DNA of 60,812 nt, filler included, from Hausera hauseri (taxonomy: Eukaryota): assembly GCA_046269625.1 (NCBI GenBank). It is 10 parts of 10 records of this genome, joined end to end, with 100 filler letters (N's around TTAATTAATTAA, not from the genome) between each part and the next. Parts side by side here need not be neighbours in the genome. Positions count along the whole stretch, not along the records: positions 33,358 to 41,606 come from JBJURY010715436.1; positions 41,707 to 47,613 come from JBJURY010170640.1; positions 47,714 to 52,118 come from JBJURY010598000.1; 7 more parts are not named here. The stretch is one strand, 5' to 3'. Under the pieces are notes generated by a model that made no database searches, was not told the origin of the DNA, and was given only the letters and a program-made list of their open reading frames with translations. The number at the start of each line of letters is the position of its first letter. Position 1 is the first letter of the stretch. Made by a program: the position numbers and the translations under genes. This document shows, piece by piece, positions 38,342 to 52,218 of this stretch.

Positions 38342-39650
38342 GGATTGGTAAGTTAGGGCGATTACCTTTCAAGAAACTGGAATGTTTATCAGTAGCGTAG
38401 TTATTGTTAGTTTTATAGTTACGACCTGAAATACAATTCCGAGCTCTAGATCCGAATTTTGCATGATAGATGCAAACTATATGATCTGAGTATAGATTCG
38501 GCGAATAATATTTACAACTTGAACAACATTTATTTGCGTTGTTATTAAATTTGTCGTGGTAGTAACATACAAATGACCGCGTTGGTGACGGTGTTTGATT
38601 TCTGGAAGGAGAACGTGTTTGATAAGGTGAGGAAGCATTACGTCGATGTAAGGAAAGGTCATTCAGCTTGTCGTTGATGGTGTTGATTGTGTGTTGTAGT
38701 GCCTCATTTTCTGCGCGTAACTGATTCAATTGGTGCTCGATAGATGTATGTCGCTGACTGCCATCGGTTGTAATAGCGGCTGATATGATGGGTTGTGATT
38801 GGATTTGTAAAACTTCGTGTGCTTTATCGGCCAACTCAGCTAGTTTATCGAAGGCTGTAGAATCTTCAACAACTGTAAGCAAAGCCCTAATTTGAATTGG
38901 TAAAGCGTTAAGGAAATATCGTTGAAGTAGTTCCGGATTATGTTCCTTGGTGACGCCTAGAGTACGTAAGTGATCCAACAAAGTGCGTAGGAAATCACTA
39001 GGTTTTTGTGTCCCCATTTCGTTTCCGTTAAAGAAGCGTTGTACTATAGAGTCAATTGGTAGTTCTGTCAGTTTTAACACAGCATCGAACAATTGGGTAT
39101 AGGGGTCAGAGTGCTGAAAGATGTCCAGTAAGTTAAGGATTGAGGCCTTTATGGAGTTTGGTAGAAGGTAGAGTAGATTATTAGCTTTGGTTAACGAGTA
39201 TATAATGCCGCTGGATTGAAGCCAGAGTTGATAAAAGTGGAGCCAAGTTTTGCTAAAATTTTTATTATCTGCGATGTATTCAGAGCAATGTGAGGGTGTA
39301 TTTGTAGGTCTTTTATTAGATGAGTTAGTGTTGATTGAAGTAGGGGGATGGTTCGATTTGGAGTAGTAAAGAATGGATTTGGTTTTTGTGCTCGGCTTAT
39401 CTGTAATATCGCTGGTTGGTGAGGAAATCATACCGCCGCGGATTCTGTGATGTATATGAATACATAGAAAATAATATGAAGATGTAAGGTGTGGGAGGTC
39501 AGTTAAAATGAAACCATTGTGGGTTAAGTAGACGTCATTGTGGGCGGTAGCTTTACGAATGATGTCATATAATTGTAGTGTATCGATATAGTGTGTGATA
39601 TTTGTGGAATGTATCAATATGTTATTAGCAAAAAGGTAGATGGGAAATGA
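38283..39650 (-). CDS. gag: Ubiquitin-like domain-Gag fusion ORF
   Basis: Open frame FPIYLFANN...VYLTHNG...IHIHHRIRGG|M, capsid-like region, coiled coil, RS-rich stretch, two CHCC knuckles; a late frameshift carries it past the natural KN* end. Confidence 0.85.
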   Translation of the reverse strand, partial: SFPIYLFANNILIHSTNITHYIDTLQLYDIIRKATAHNDVYLTHNGFILTDLPHLTSSYYFLCIHIHHRIRGGMISSPTSDITDKPSTKTKSILYYSKSNHPPTSINTNSSNKRPTNTPSHCSEYIADNKNFSKTWLHFYQLWLQSSGIIYSLTKANNLLYLLPNSIKASILNLLDIFQHSDPYTQLFDAVLKLTELPIDSIVQRFFNGNEMGTQKPSDFLRTLLDHLRTLGVTKEHNPELLQRYFLNALPIQIRALLTVVEDSTAFDKLAELADKAHEVLQIQSQPIISAAITTDGSQRHTSIEHQLNQLRAENEALQHTINTINDKLNDLSLHRRNASSPYQTRSPSRNQTPSPTRSFVCYYHDKFNNNANKCCSSCKYYSPNLYSDHIVCIYHAKFGSRARNCISGRNYKTNNNYATDKHSSFLKGNRPNLPIQKTDFAASTHGRVWQRQLL

Positions 39651-39687
39651 CGTTGGTAAACAGCAAGCTGCGTAATGTGGTATTTCT

Positions 39688-41156
39688 TCATGGTTTAGTT
39701 CGTGTTTTTTCTATTGGTTGAGTCGTTGAGAACATGATTTTAGCTCGATCAGTCCCAATTGTCAAGACAAGTTGGATTCTATCAATGTGTACAGTCGTAG
39801 GTGTGTTAAGACCCAGAGATTTTCCATTTTCAGTCCGTTTGATTAGTTGTGCTTCAGGGAACCTTTTGTGAACGTCTAAGATGGCATGGGTGAATAGTGT
39901 GTCGTATGATGAATCAGTATTATGCATGTAGAATAAAATTTTTTGGAAACCCAATACCAATCAGCTAAATAATTTCCTTTTATAAAACCTTCACGAAAGG
40001 CATCGAGATGCCTCTCGGATAGATCGGGTAATATATTGAGCAGATGAACATCAGTAATTAATTGGATAGCAACATCGTCAAAACATTCAAATTTTTTGTT
40101 TCTGGACCAACTCGATTGTATTACATTTCGGTGATGGGTATGCGACGATGTATTGTTACAATTACTTATCTTGTATTAAATCGGTGTTTTATTATAATTT
40201 TTTGAATAATTGATTCTGTTTCAATAATGTTGGCATGTAGTTTCTCGTCGGAACGTTAACTATTGACGTAATGGTTCTGTATGTTGAACTTTGGTGAAAA
40301 TGTCATTCGGTTATTCGTTAATGGGTGTACGTTAGGATGTTCAGCAGGGTATGTGCGCGTGTATAATGTGAGAGCAATGATATCCTTCGTCGATTTATTC
40401 GATTGGTGATTGCAGATCGAGTAAGAACTACTATTGTCGATATTCAATATAAGTATTCGACCCTGCATCCGTGGAATATTTGTGCGAGATGAAATTCCTA
40501 TTTGTTTATAAGGAATTGATCTGTAACTGTTTTGGCCCTTTCACCATCAAAACGTTCTGGTTAATGTTCTGGTATAAACTGTTTTGAAAGATATAGAGTT
40601 CGTGTATTATATATGAAAGTTCAGTGTCATGTAAAAAGAATCCTTTGTCACCTCAAAATTATTATAAACGTCTACAGTTGTCAAAATAGCTATTCTGTTT
40701 TGACTACATTGAATATTACACAGACTATCTTTAAATGTAAAATAGGTATCGGTAATACTTTGGGACTTATTGTGGATAACAGGTAACCATTCAATATCGA
40801 TGGGTAATACGTTCGAAGTGAACGAGATGTATGTCCTCAAACAAATAAATTTATGATGCCAGTCGTTATTTTGTAATGGATACATGTTAACGAAAGGAAA
40901 ACAAGCAGAGTAAAGTAACAATCGAGTATATTCTTGATAAAAAATATTTCCAATTCACGATTAAAAAATTATCGTGACGATCGAAATCGTTTATTTGAGT
41001 TTTATTTGTGCAAGCATAATAGCTAAACAGTACGAATAAAGTATTTTTGTCTTTATTGTATCCAAACAAATTGGGATAACGAATAGTCAACTGATACGTA
41101 CAATCGAAAATTTTGGTGAATATAGTAGTTAATTCATACGAATCAAATGAACTCAA
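39688..41156 (-). pseudogene. Decayed coding fragments, possibly DOCK-family GEF (DHR1/DHR2 pieces)
   Basis: Weak resemblance only: LTIRYP..KNTLFVLFSYYAC (DHR1-like) and HKRFPEAQLIK..FSTTQPIEK (DHR2-like). Confidence 0.25.
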
Positions 41157-41159
41157 AAA

Positions 41160-41606
41160 ACCACATCGGTCATTAAATTTGTGGTCGAATACAGACCCAT
41201 CCTCTTAGACAACGTCTTCTAATCTATCAATGGTTCTTTCAAAAGGATTCAATATTGTTTGCGTTAATCCACACATTTGTGATGTCGAATCCCATCCATC
41301 ACTGCAATGGACAACAATGTTTTCGCCGGGATCAAGTTTCTGGGTAATGTAAAATGATGTTTCGAGAATCAATTGGAAGTACTTCAGTCGGCCGCCCTTT
41401 TTAAGAGGAGAAAGGAAAGACGGATATGCTTGTTTAGCGTGCCGGTATGTTTTTAAAATTTGTTCTAAAATGGATCTGAATACATAGATATATTTGATTG
41501 GTTTCAGTATTATAATGTCTTCATTGCAACGAGCTGAGAAACCTACTATTGGTTGACTGTAGCGACATAAAGCAGATTTGATAGGTTTATGGTAATAGGT
41601 CATTAC
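41160..41606 (-). pseudogene. Myotubularin (MTMR6/7/8-like) phosphatase-domain fragment
   Basis: YYH...LCRYSQPIVGFSARCNED, VVHCSDGWDSTSQMC (catalytic Arg lost), NPFERTI, HKFNDRCG; internal deletion and a stop. Confidence 0.88.
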
Positions 41607-41706
41607 NNNNNNNNNNNNNNNNNNNNNNNNNNNNNNNNNNNNNNNNNNNNTTAATTAATTAANNNNNNNNNNNNNNNNNNNNNNNNNNNNNNNNNNNNNN
41701 NNNNNN
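41607..41706. other. Artificial contig spacer
   Basis: N-run with TTAATTAATTAA core. Confidence 0.97.
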
Positions 41707-41937
41707 AATGGGTTTTTACGGTCATCTTGTCTGAGATCCAGTAAACGACATTTGGATAACGGGTTGAATTGGATTGTTTTACTTATTCATGGATACGTTG
41801 GTAAGAGTTGTATTCAAGGAAGTGGCAGTAGTGTTGAAATTAACGTTTGTCTTTTTGCACGACAAGATCATCATTTCGCCGGCATTAGATTCATGAAACG
41901 AGGTGTAAATCTATGTGGCAATGTTGCGAAGGAAGTT
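41707..41937 (+). pseudogene. FIG4: SAC-domain phosphoinositide phosphatase (FIG4-like) fragment
   Basis: W..LIHGYVG...LFARQDHHFAGIRFMKRGVNLCGNVAKEV matches FIG4 IIHGF..LIARRS..FAGTRFLKRG.N..G.VANEV. Confidence 0.75.
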
Positions 41938-41946
41938 TTTTATCCT

Positions 41947-42200
41947 ACTCCATTATTGTACGATATTGTACGGCTCCAACACACTGAACATATTATCCCT
42001 ACTCCAGAGGGTTAACGACTTAATAAAGAGTAACATTATTTCTACGAATTTTAACTTTGAAAGCGTGTTAGATAACATAACAAGTGAATTGCTAAGTTGT
42101 CGAATTATGCTCTACTCTGCTATGTTTCCGCAAACTGTACAGTCATTTCTAAAAAAGCACATAAAAGATTCTTATGAAATCAATCTAATGAACGATGAAG
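41947..42200 (+). pseudogene. DDX6: DDX6/Dhh1/Me31B DEAD-box helicase fragment (motif Ib to III, DEAD motif deleted)
   Basis: DIVRLQHTEHII.TP(fs)RVNDLIK...IMLYSAMFPQTVQSFLKKHIKDSYEINLM. Confidence 0.8.
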
Positions 42201-42355
42201 GAGGAAAGTTAATGGATATTGTTTCATACATGAATATTCTATCACCGAGATTAGGTACGATAAATTTTGACAATAAATTCTTTTATGGGTACGATTCTTA
42301 TATGGTACTGCGGAAAAGTGATTTGAACTTTTGTTTAACTTTTGAAAAAATCAAA

Positions 42356-43890
<1,535 letters not shown>

Positions 43891-44319
43891 CTCAACCAAA
43901 GACATTTTATTGTCTCCGTTTAATACTGTCCAGACTCGCCCAAACAAGTAGCTGACATTCGAGCGGTGATAAAGGCCGAAACGAAAACATTGTTTTGGTC
44001 AAATAAACGTCGACAAGTACTAGCGCCTGTTAAGCAATTAAACAAACGTTGTCGCAATCGTTACACAGATTCGATGAAAAACATTTGGAAATATTTTCGA
44101 GATCTCATCGTTGTCAAGCAATTAGTTCTTTTCAACTCCTGCCTCACAGATATTACCGCTCATGAGTCGAGGAATAATTTGCGGGATATATTCATTCTGT
44201 TGTCACCTAATGACCTCTGTACGGGGATACGCAGCAAACTTTACAGTCGCGTTGTTCACGCTGTGAGAACATTTATTTCCTCAATACATGTCAATATGTC
44301 CCGTGCTCACCACCTCTTG

Positions 44320-47300
44320 GTATCAAAATAATAAATGCCAGAGCAACCGATGGAGAAACGCTACTTATAGTAATTTTGGTTAACCTGAAATTTAAGACCC
44401 GCCGCGGCGAGGCTGAGCTCTCGGCAGCTCACCCTGCGCCATTAGGTCATATGGCGCCCCACAACACTCCCCCGGACATATTACCTCTCCTTACTTCATT
44501 CTCTTTTTGTTAAATAACAAACACATTCACACATATACAGTAATACATTTATACACTGCGGCTATTCACAACTTCACCTCCAACTTACTCACTCCTCCAA
44601 CTTCTATCTCACATACAATGGATCTGTAGTGCATTTCGCTGGACCCTTCCAACTTTCTACAACTTGTGTCTGCCTTTGCATTTACTTCCGTATCCGTAGT
44701 AGCATGGATTCACCACCCAAAATTGATACCAAGGGCAAACTCACCAAACCACAGATCTCTTTTACTTACTTACCCAAACAAAGTGCATCAAGCACTTCGA
44801 CACAGCACACACTCCTCACTCATTCAACCTGCATAGAATACTTCTTCGACAGAAAAAACTCTACTCAAACTTGGCTAAAACTGCATTAATTCTGGCTCAA
44901 ACCGCAAAACGTAGTCGACTCGTTATCCAAAGCCAACAGCCTTTTTTCATTTACAAGCTTCCATCAAAACTAAAATTACCAATATCATCGACATCCTTCA
45001 TCACACCGATCCATATACTCAACTGTATAATGCCGTTCTTAAGCTCACCAAGCCGCCAATCGACTCAATCATTCAAAGATTCTTTAATGACATCGCCATG
45101 GACCTTCAGAAGCCTGCTGAATTCTTGCGCACATCTTTGTCTTTTCTCGATACCCTTGGCGTAACATCTCAGAATAGTCCAGAACTTCTTCGTCGCTATT
45201 TTTCAAATGCATTGCCCCTTCAAATAAGAGTTTGCTAATTGTGGTCGAAGACTCCACGACTCTGGAAAAGCTAGCCGAAATGGCAGGCAAAGCATATGAA
45301 GTACTGCACTCACACACAGCACCAACCATCTTTGTGGCATTAACAACAGAGCAACAACAACAAAATGCAATGCTACAGCAACAAATTGCGCTATTACGCA
45401 CGGAAAATGAAATGTTACAAAAGACTATTAACAACATAAATGAGAAATTAAATTAATTAACGCTGCCTCGATGGGGTTTTTCTAGGTCTGCTTCCCCTAA
45501 AGTATTTAATCAACGTCAAAGACGGTCGCTGTAGCCCACGCGGTCGTCTATCTGCTACTACCATAACAAATTTGGTAATAATGCTCAGAAATGCTGCATC
45601 GGATGCAAATTTTACTCCCCCGATTTTAATACAAGCAGCATCGTTTGCATCAATCACTTGAAATTTGGCACAAAAGCACAAAAATGCCTACTTGGCTGTA
45701 ACTACAACACGCACAATAAAATCAACACTATTAAACCCACACAAAATAGTAGGCCATATTCACCAGTTACAAAAAACTGATTTTGCCGCTAGGACACACA
45801 GCAAGGCCTAGCAAAGGCAACAACCTGCAAAAAGATAGCCGACACATTTTTTTGCTGTATTCACGTTCAAAGCAGCAGTGGACACTCCAAGAAAGCAAAA
45901 CATTAACTTTCTTATAGACACCGGCGCAGCAATCTCTTTACTACCGCCAACAACACATTCAAAATAATTTCACTTCAAAAAAGCAACTTCTCACTGCGTC
46001 CGCTGAACCTTTACAAATTTTTGGTATTACCAAATTAACGTTCACACCTCCACATTTCCCAAACACATTCACTTGGAAATTTACAGTAGCCAATGTACGC
46101 ACACCTATATTGGATTCAGTCTTTCTGTTTCACTACAATTTACTTGTAGATTGCAAACGATGTTCCTCAAAGAGTGGAAATAATTGTAATCAAATTAACA
46201 GCATTTTGGTTACTACCCGGGCGATCGCTTGCAGCAAGTCAGTACTGAAGAAAACGACTTCCGATTTAAATTATTTTTATAATCATACATTATACAGAAA
46301 TTTTTACTACAGTGGCAAATACGATATTGCCAACTGCGTGGCACCTATTATTGATAGCACAGCTGCCAACACCATCTTCAACACGAATATCCTGCATCAA
46401 ATACCACCCAGTCACAACGCCTCGTCAACAACTCACACCTCAGCTGCATTTAGTCACGATACATCAACACCATAGGATAACTTTTCATCGTTGCCTTTTG
46501 ATCTACAGCAATACATTTTGTCTTCCTGCACGCGTCTGTTGCAAAAGGACAAATCATTCGTACCACCTCAATCCACCTTCCATCACATAGTAAAAGCACA
46601 TCAAAGACCAATACGGCAAAAGCTCCGCTCGCTATCGCCTGGCCGCAGACAGGCCGTGGAGGCTGCGTTTCTCGAACTGGAAAAATCAGGCATAATCAGA
46701 AGATCCAAATCCCCGTGGTCTTCACCACTGCATGTGGTCCCAAAAAAAGATGATACTTTTCGTCCATGAGTGATTACCGCCAACTTAACACCATAATAAC
46801 AATGGATGCCCACCCTCTACTATTAATCAACGATATCCTTCACAGGCTTCATATTTCGATCATCTTTTCCTGCATTGATCTACACAAAGCATGCCATCAT
46901 ATCCCCGTGGACCCAGCAGATATTCCGAAAACGGCTGTCATTACACATTTCGGCCTTTTCGAATACCATTTCAAACCTTTTGGACTCCGCAGCCATTCTC
47001 AGACCTTCCAAAGGCATATTGATGCAGTCCTGTCAGGTTTAGACTTTGCTTATCCCTATATAGATGATATCTTAATTGCATCATCCTCCTCGAAACAACA
47101 CTCTGAACACGTACGTTTGAGCTTCTAACGCTTGCACTAAAACAACTTGCAAATTAATTTCTCTAAATGATCTTTTTTCAACATAAGATCAATTTCCTAG
47201 GACACGCTATTAGCTCCTCCGGACATTCATCTCAGCCAGAGCGCATCATGCAGCTCAAAACATTCAGCTACCACGTACATCAACAAAGATGCGTTCTTTC

Positions 47301-47613
47301 CTCGGAATCTTGCACTTTATTTATAATATATTCCACACTGCTCCACTCTAACCGCTCCATTTGCTTCACTAAGCTCTGGAACGAAGAAACAGGCTATTCA
47401 ATGGACCGCCAAGCTAGTCAGCACTTTCGACCACCCCAAAGAAAATTTAAAAACCGTAAAAATCCTGGCCTATCCAGACTCCCATGCAGAACTCTTCTTA
47501 ACCACGGCCGCATCCACAACAGCTGCAGGTGCTGTCCTTCATCAAGTCAAAAATGGATCCCATGAGCCATCAGAATTCTTCTCTTAAAAATTCACGGCGC
47601 AAGAGCAAAGATA
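44320..47613 (+). mobile_element. Decayed CsRn1-type Ty3/Gypsy element (LTR end, PBS, UBL-gag, PR, RT, RNase H start)
   Basis: FYLTYNG..IYFRIRSS|M, two perfect CHCC knuckles (45553-45700), AAAAAAC-TGA at 45771-45780, FLIDTGA, SPWSSPLHVV, YIDD. Confidence 0.92.
44377..44392 (+). promoter_or_regulatory. Degenerate tRNA-Trp primer-binding site
   Basis: TGGTTAACCTGAAATT, same position as the better-preserved PBS at 57355-57370; preceded by AATAAA and CTAC. Confidence 0.45.
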
Positions 47614-47713
47614 NNNNNNNNNNNNNNNNNNNNNNNNNNNNNNNNNNNNNNNNNNNNTTAATTAATTAANNNNNNNNNNNNNNNNNNNNNNNNNNNNNNN
47701 NNNNNNNNNNNNN
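47614..47713. other. Artificial contig spacer
   Basis: N-run with TTAATTAATTAA core. Confidence 0.97.
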
Positions 47714-47799
47714 AATTACAATCTTAATTTAAATTTAAAATTGTATCTGATTTAAATTTAGAACTTCTGTTATCAATTATATCCTCACAAGACATAACG

Positions 47800-48020
47800 A
47801 ATTAAAGTTGGCGGCTTAGCGAGAATTGGCCGAAGGTGTTAATTGTGAATATTATTTGATTATCAATCCATTAAACGATAGGTCATGTAGTGAAGTTCAA
47901 GATGGAATGATTTTAAACAAATTGGTCGATATTTTAATGCCAAAACCAAGGATCTGCGTGAACGAAATTCGCGATGAAAATAAATTGTCAATTCGGGTGA
48001 TATTTGGGTATTTATAAAGG
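47800..48020 (+). pseudogene. Plastin/fimbrin-like calponin-homology fragment
   Basis: ELAEGVNCEYYLIINPLNDRSCSEVQDGMILNKLVDILMP resembles plastin CH1 (L..D.DC...P.NP..D.L...V.DGI.L.K.IN...P). Confidence 0.45.
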
Positions 48021-48059
48021 TCGAGTTTTTTAATCTATTGGAGGTCTATCGTCAGCTAG

Positions 48060-50300
48060 GGTCCACACAACCATCATCCTTCAACCTATTACCATCGGAT
48101 TTGTAAACATTTATAACTTCACAGTGACCAAGAACCCTCAAGAAAGATCCTATTTTCAAACATTCCGACACTTTCCATTTTATAGTCCCCTGTAACCAAC
48201 CACCAATTCGTCAGAAAGTACGACTCCTTTCACCAAGTCTCAGAAAAGCCGTCGTTGAAGAATTTCAAACCCTAGAGAATGCTGGCATCATCAGACATTC
48301 CACATGACCTTGAACCTCAACCTTACACGTTGTACCCAAGAAAGACGGTACATTCAGGCCTTGTTGCGACCATCGCCAATTAAACACTATTACGATCATG
48401 GACGCATATCCATTGCCATTTATCAACGATATCCTGTACAGACTGCATGGTAAATCAAACTTTTTGTCCATTGATCTCCATAAAGCGTTTCACCAAATAC
48501 CAGTCGTCCCCGCTGACATACCGAAGACGGCAGTAATAACATCTTTCGGCCTTTCTGAGTATGCCTACTTGCCTTTTGGTCCTTGCAGTGCCTTAGAGAC
48601 ATTCCAAAAGCACATTGATACAATTCCCACTGGCCTTTATCTATGTAGGCGAAATACTCCTTAACTTGTCGTCTTCCAAACTACATACTGAACATTTGCA
48701 CATAATTTTCATACGCCTTCACCAGATCAACCTCAAAGTGAACTTTACCAAATGTTCTTTCTTCCAAAACAAAATTTACTTTCTTGGACATGTCATTACT
48801 CAGTCTGGCCACTCTCCTCAACAAGACCGCATTACTGAACTCAAAAATATCTAACTGCCACACACAAACAGAAATGCGTTCCTTCCTTGGAATACTTCAC
48901 TTCGTTCACAAGTATGTGCCCCATTATTCAACCCGCATGGTATCATTCCCTTTACTCAGCTCGGGTAAAAATAAAGAGCTTATTCACTGGACTGCTGATT
49001 TAGTCAACTCGAACACCTCAAAGAAAACCTGAAAACTGTTTGAAATTCTTGCATATCCTGATCCGCGCTCGGAACTTTTCTTTACAACAGATGTATCAAG
49101 TACATTAGAAGATGCAGTGCTTCATAAATTTAAGGACGGATCCCACTAACCTCTTGAATTTTTCTCACGAAAATTCATCCTCCGACAGGGAATTACCTGC
49201 TATGGGTCTGGCAGTAAAGCAATTTAAACACCTCCTGCTTTCATATACATTCACCATCCAAACGACAATAAGCCCTTAATTCACATTTTTACTATTAAAT
49301 CTCCATCCTCACGTCAGGGTAAACAAATATGATATCTCGCAACGTTCGTTTTTGACGTAAAACACATTTCAGGGTTTAATAATTTAGTGGCTAATTTTTT
49401 GTCGCGTTCCGTCGACTTGATCACATTTGCACCAGTTTTTTGACATCGAGTTACGTAGACGGAACCAGCCAGATGACTCATACTGTCCGCCTTCAAATCT
49501 TACAAAATCATTGATGGCGTAGCTTTGGACACTTCCAATCCTGGATTCAATAAATTATCTTATCTCCGATGAAAATCTCCCTTAAAATACTAGCAGAATC
49601 GAATTCACACTGGAAAATCCTTCTGCCTTACGTCTTACATGGATGACGGAATACGTCATCCACTACAACTGCCTGCTTTCCGTATGAGGAGCTTTTTGGC
49701 ACACCTGTATGCGCTTTTTGAGTTGACTGAGTGCGATGAAACACCCACTGACGAAACAATTCATGCTGCGCAGGAGCATTTTGTTGCACTGAATAACGAT
49801 TCATTATGTAAAATTATTAATTACAACAAGTCATACATACCAGACACCTTGTATACATCTAAGTTTGTCTGGCTGAAAAATCTGGTGTCGCACGGTTTCC
49901 AACCTCATTACATTGGACCATTTAAGCTAATCTAGTTTGAACTCATGTACTGAAACAATCCCTAAAAACGGACAAGAATGTTCAGTGCACATCACCAACA
50001 TCAAACCCGCATTCTTCATCTACGATAAACCTGATGATGCTATTCCACCTAGCAATAAATACTTTCTTTATTCATTTTCCCAGCCTTCTATTGCACCTCA
50101 CAACCAATCTTTCTGTGGCCCTTCTTCTCAACCTCCATGAAACCCCCAATCTTCCTACCCTTCTTCTCACAAACAATCCTTTTTTGATAAATTTTCTCAA
50201 CTTTCGTCCAACACACAATCTTAATTTCTGTGAACTTCACCACGAAGATTCACTTCATGTCTTTACTCAATATTCTTCTTATTGTTTTAAATTATATCGG
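48060..50300 (+). mobile_element. pol: CsRn1-type Gypsy pol remnant (RT, RNase H, internally deleted integrase)
   Basis: LHVVPKKDGTFRP, DAYPLP, KTAVITSFG, LEFFSRK, DETPTDETI..GPFKL; homologous to the 35-38 kb copy, integrase core deleted near 49570. Confidence 0.88.
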
Positions 50301-50520
50301 TAGACACAGAATGATACTGATACACGATATAATCCAAAAATTGAATCTAAGAATCACGAATAAAATTCCAATGCGAAAATGTATAATTGCTATCTGAAAG
50401 CAAAATCAACATGGTGGATAAATCGATTGTATTTTTTAACAAAATTTACAATTTAAAAAACGTTTTTACATTATTTAAACAATTTTTTTAAAACATGTTT
50501 ACATATATAGTTATTTTTTG

Positions 50521-52100
50521 TGGGCCAATGTGGGCATCACAGTGGAACTGGACCCCACTAACCCATTGACCCGCATAAATTTACGATTATAGAGACGAAT
50601 TACTCATTATATACCTGAAGCCTGTGGAAAATTATATTTAATTATAGGAATCATATATGTTAGTTGCTACGCCAACCTACAAGAATCGTATTCTGATCTT
50701 ATTATTGGTTTAGATATACTATACAAGCTGATTGGAGCAGAACTCAAAGTCATTGGTAGATCAATTATATTCAACTGCGACAATTACCAAGATACAAAAC
50801 TTCAACCTAACGATTAATGGTGGTTCGCTCCAGGGGAAGAGAGTGTTCCACCCTTATTAAATTATGTTACATTAAATCAAACGACCGAACAGAATACAGA
50901 ATCCACACCAGCTCGAAAATTAATTCAAACTCGAATCATAGAAACACCTTCAACCAATACCCCTTATATGATTTTCGGGAATCCTTTTAACTTGTCTACA
51001 ATAACCTTGATAATTTTAATACTATTCATAATATTTGGATGCGCGAACGCCCAACCAACCTCAACAACTACCACGACTAACTCCTGGAGTATTACAGTTG
51101 TACTATTGTTGATATCTGTATATTATATGTTTCAAAGTAGTATGACAAGTGACGAAGAGGAAGTAGATAGTATCTCTTCGGGTGATCATGCAAGAAGATT
51201 TAAAGTTGGATTCCAGTACACTGATCCCACCAGATAAACTTCTAACAAATATAAGTTTTGAAGAGGTATATTACACAATTCTTGACCTAGCCAGGCCAGG
51301 AAAATCCAAACATCACGACTATGTAGCTGCTAGACGAGCGTTAAAAATGTATAAACATCATAATCTAAATACAGGAAGCCGAGAACTCATTAATAAAGTA
51401 GAAAAGGTGAAACGAGTTTGGAGCAAAAGAATTGGACAACCTCTAGATAGCAACCTTCCTCCAGAACAATGGATGAAAATCGATCAATTACAGTTCACAG
51501 GAAACAGTATTAAATATTTGAGTGAATTTGCAAAGGAGACAAAAACCATGCATATACAAGATCTCCAAGAAAAAATAAAAAAAAGAATCCTCGAAAATAA
51601 AAGGTTATTCTTCGTTCTCATTGGGAACATTATTCTTTATGGGAATATGCTTCCTATACATGATCAATATAGCAAATGCAGCTGAGACCACATCGCAACA
51701 TCCGAGTCCCACATGGATCTCAATATTAATATGGATATTCTCGTTATTCATGCTAGGTAAACTTTCTAGTGATGACGATGAGACAAAATGATATTGGAAG
51801 ATAATACGTATCCCAGCATTCTTTTGGAATGAACATCCTAATAAAAGAGAATCTAAAACACTCAAGGACATAGATTGCGAACCAAATGAATCTCCTTTAA
51901 ATAATACGGAAGCCCCACCAGAATCCTCATACATTAACCAACTGAGAAAAGAATACTTAGACCAGCAAGAATTAACAAAGACCTTAAAAGAACTTTACAA
52001 AGTACAACGGATATTAAATCAAAGTTCCCATACACACTCTCCATCAGAACTGATACGCTGCGCCGTACCTTTAATTTGGGCCTTCAAAGATGTGAATTAA
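50521..52100 (+). pseudogene. Decayed unknown coding region: retropepsin-like C-terminal motif followed by signal/TM segments
   Basis: Frame from 50521 has SDLIIGLDILYKL, then ITLIILILFIIFGCANA|QPT and a second hydrophobic stretch; further ORF 51182-51685. Confidence 0.35.
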
Positions 52101-52118
52101 TGAATGACGATAAAAATG

Positions 52119-52218
52119 NNNNNNNNNNNNNNNNNNNNNNNNNNNNNNNNNNNNNNNNNNNNTTAATTAATTAANNNNNNNNNNNNNNNNNNNNNNNNNN
52201 NNNNNNNNNNNNNNNNNN
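52119..52218. other. Artificial contig spacer
   Basis: N-run with TTAATTAATTAA core. Confidence 0.97.

Larger units (their letters stand above)
34671..39650 (-). mobile_element. Near-complete decayed CsRn1-type Ty3/Gypsy element (UBL-gag, pol, PPT)
   Basis: Open 444-aa gag, FLIDTGA, YIDD, RNase H, integrase VHVDIVGP/TDQG/GLLE/GPY, PPT. No recognisable 5' LTR. Confidence 0.93.

Noticed and set aside
41160-41937. MTMR and FIG4 as a linked phosphoinositide-phosphatase cluster
   Set aside because: They lie on different contigs separated by an artificial spacer.
41935-41990. Retained short intron in the FIG4 fragment
   Set aside because: The apparent insert translates as DIVRLQHTEHII.TP, which matches DDX6 motif Ib, so it is a gene-fragment junction.
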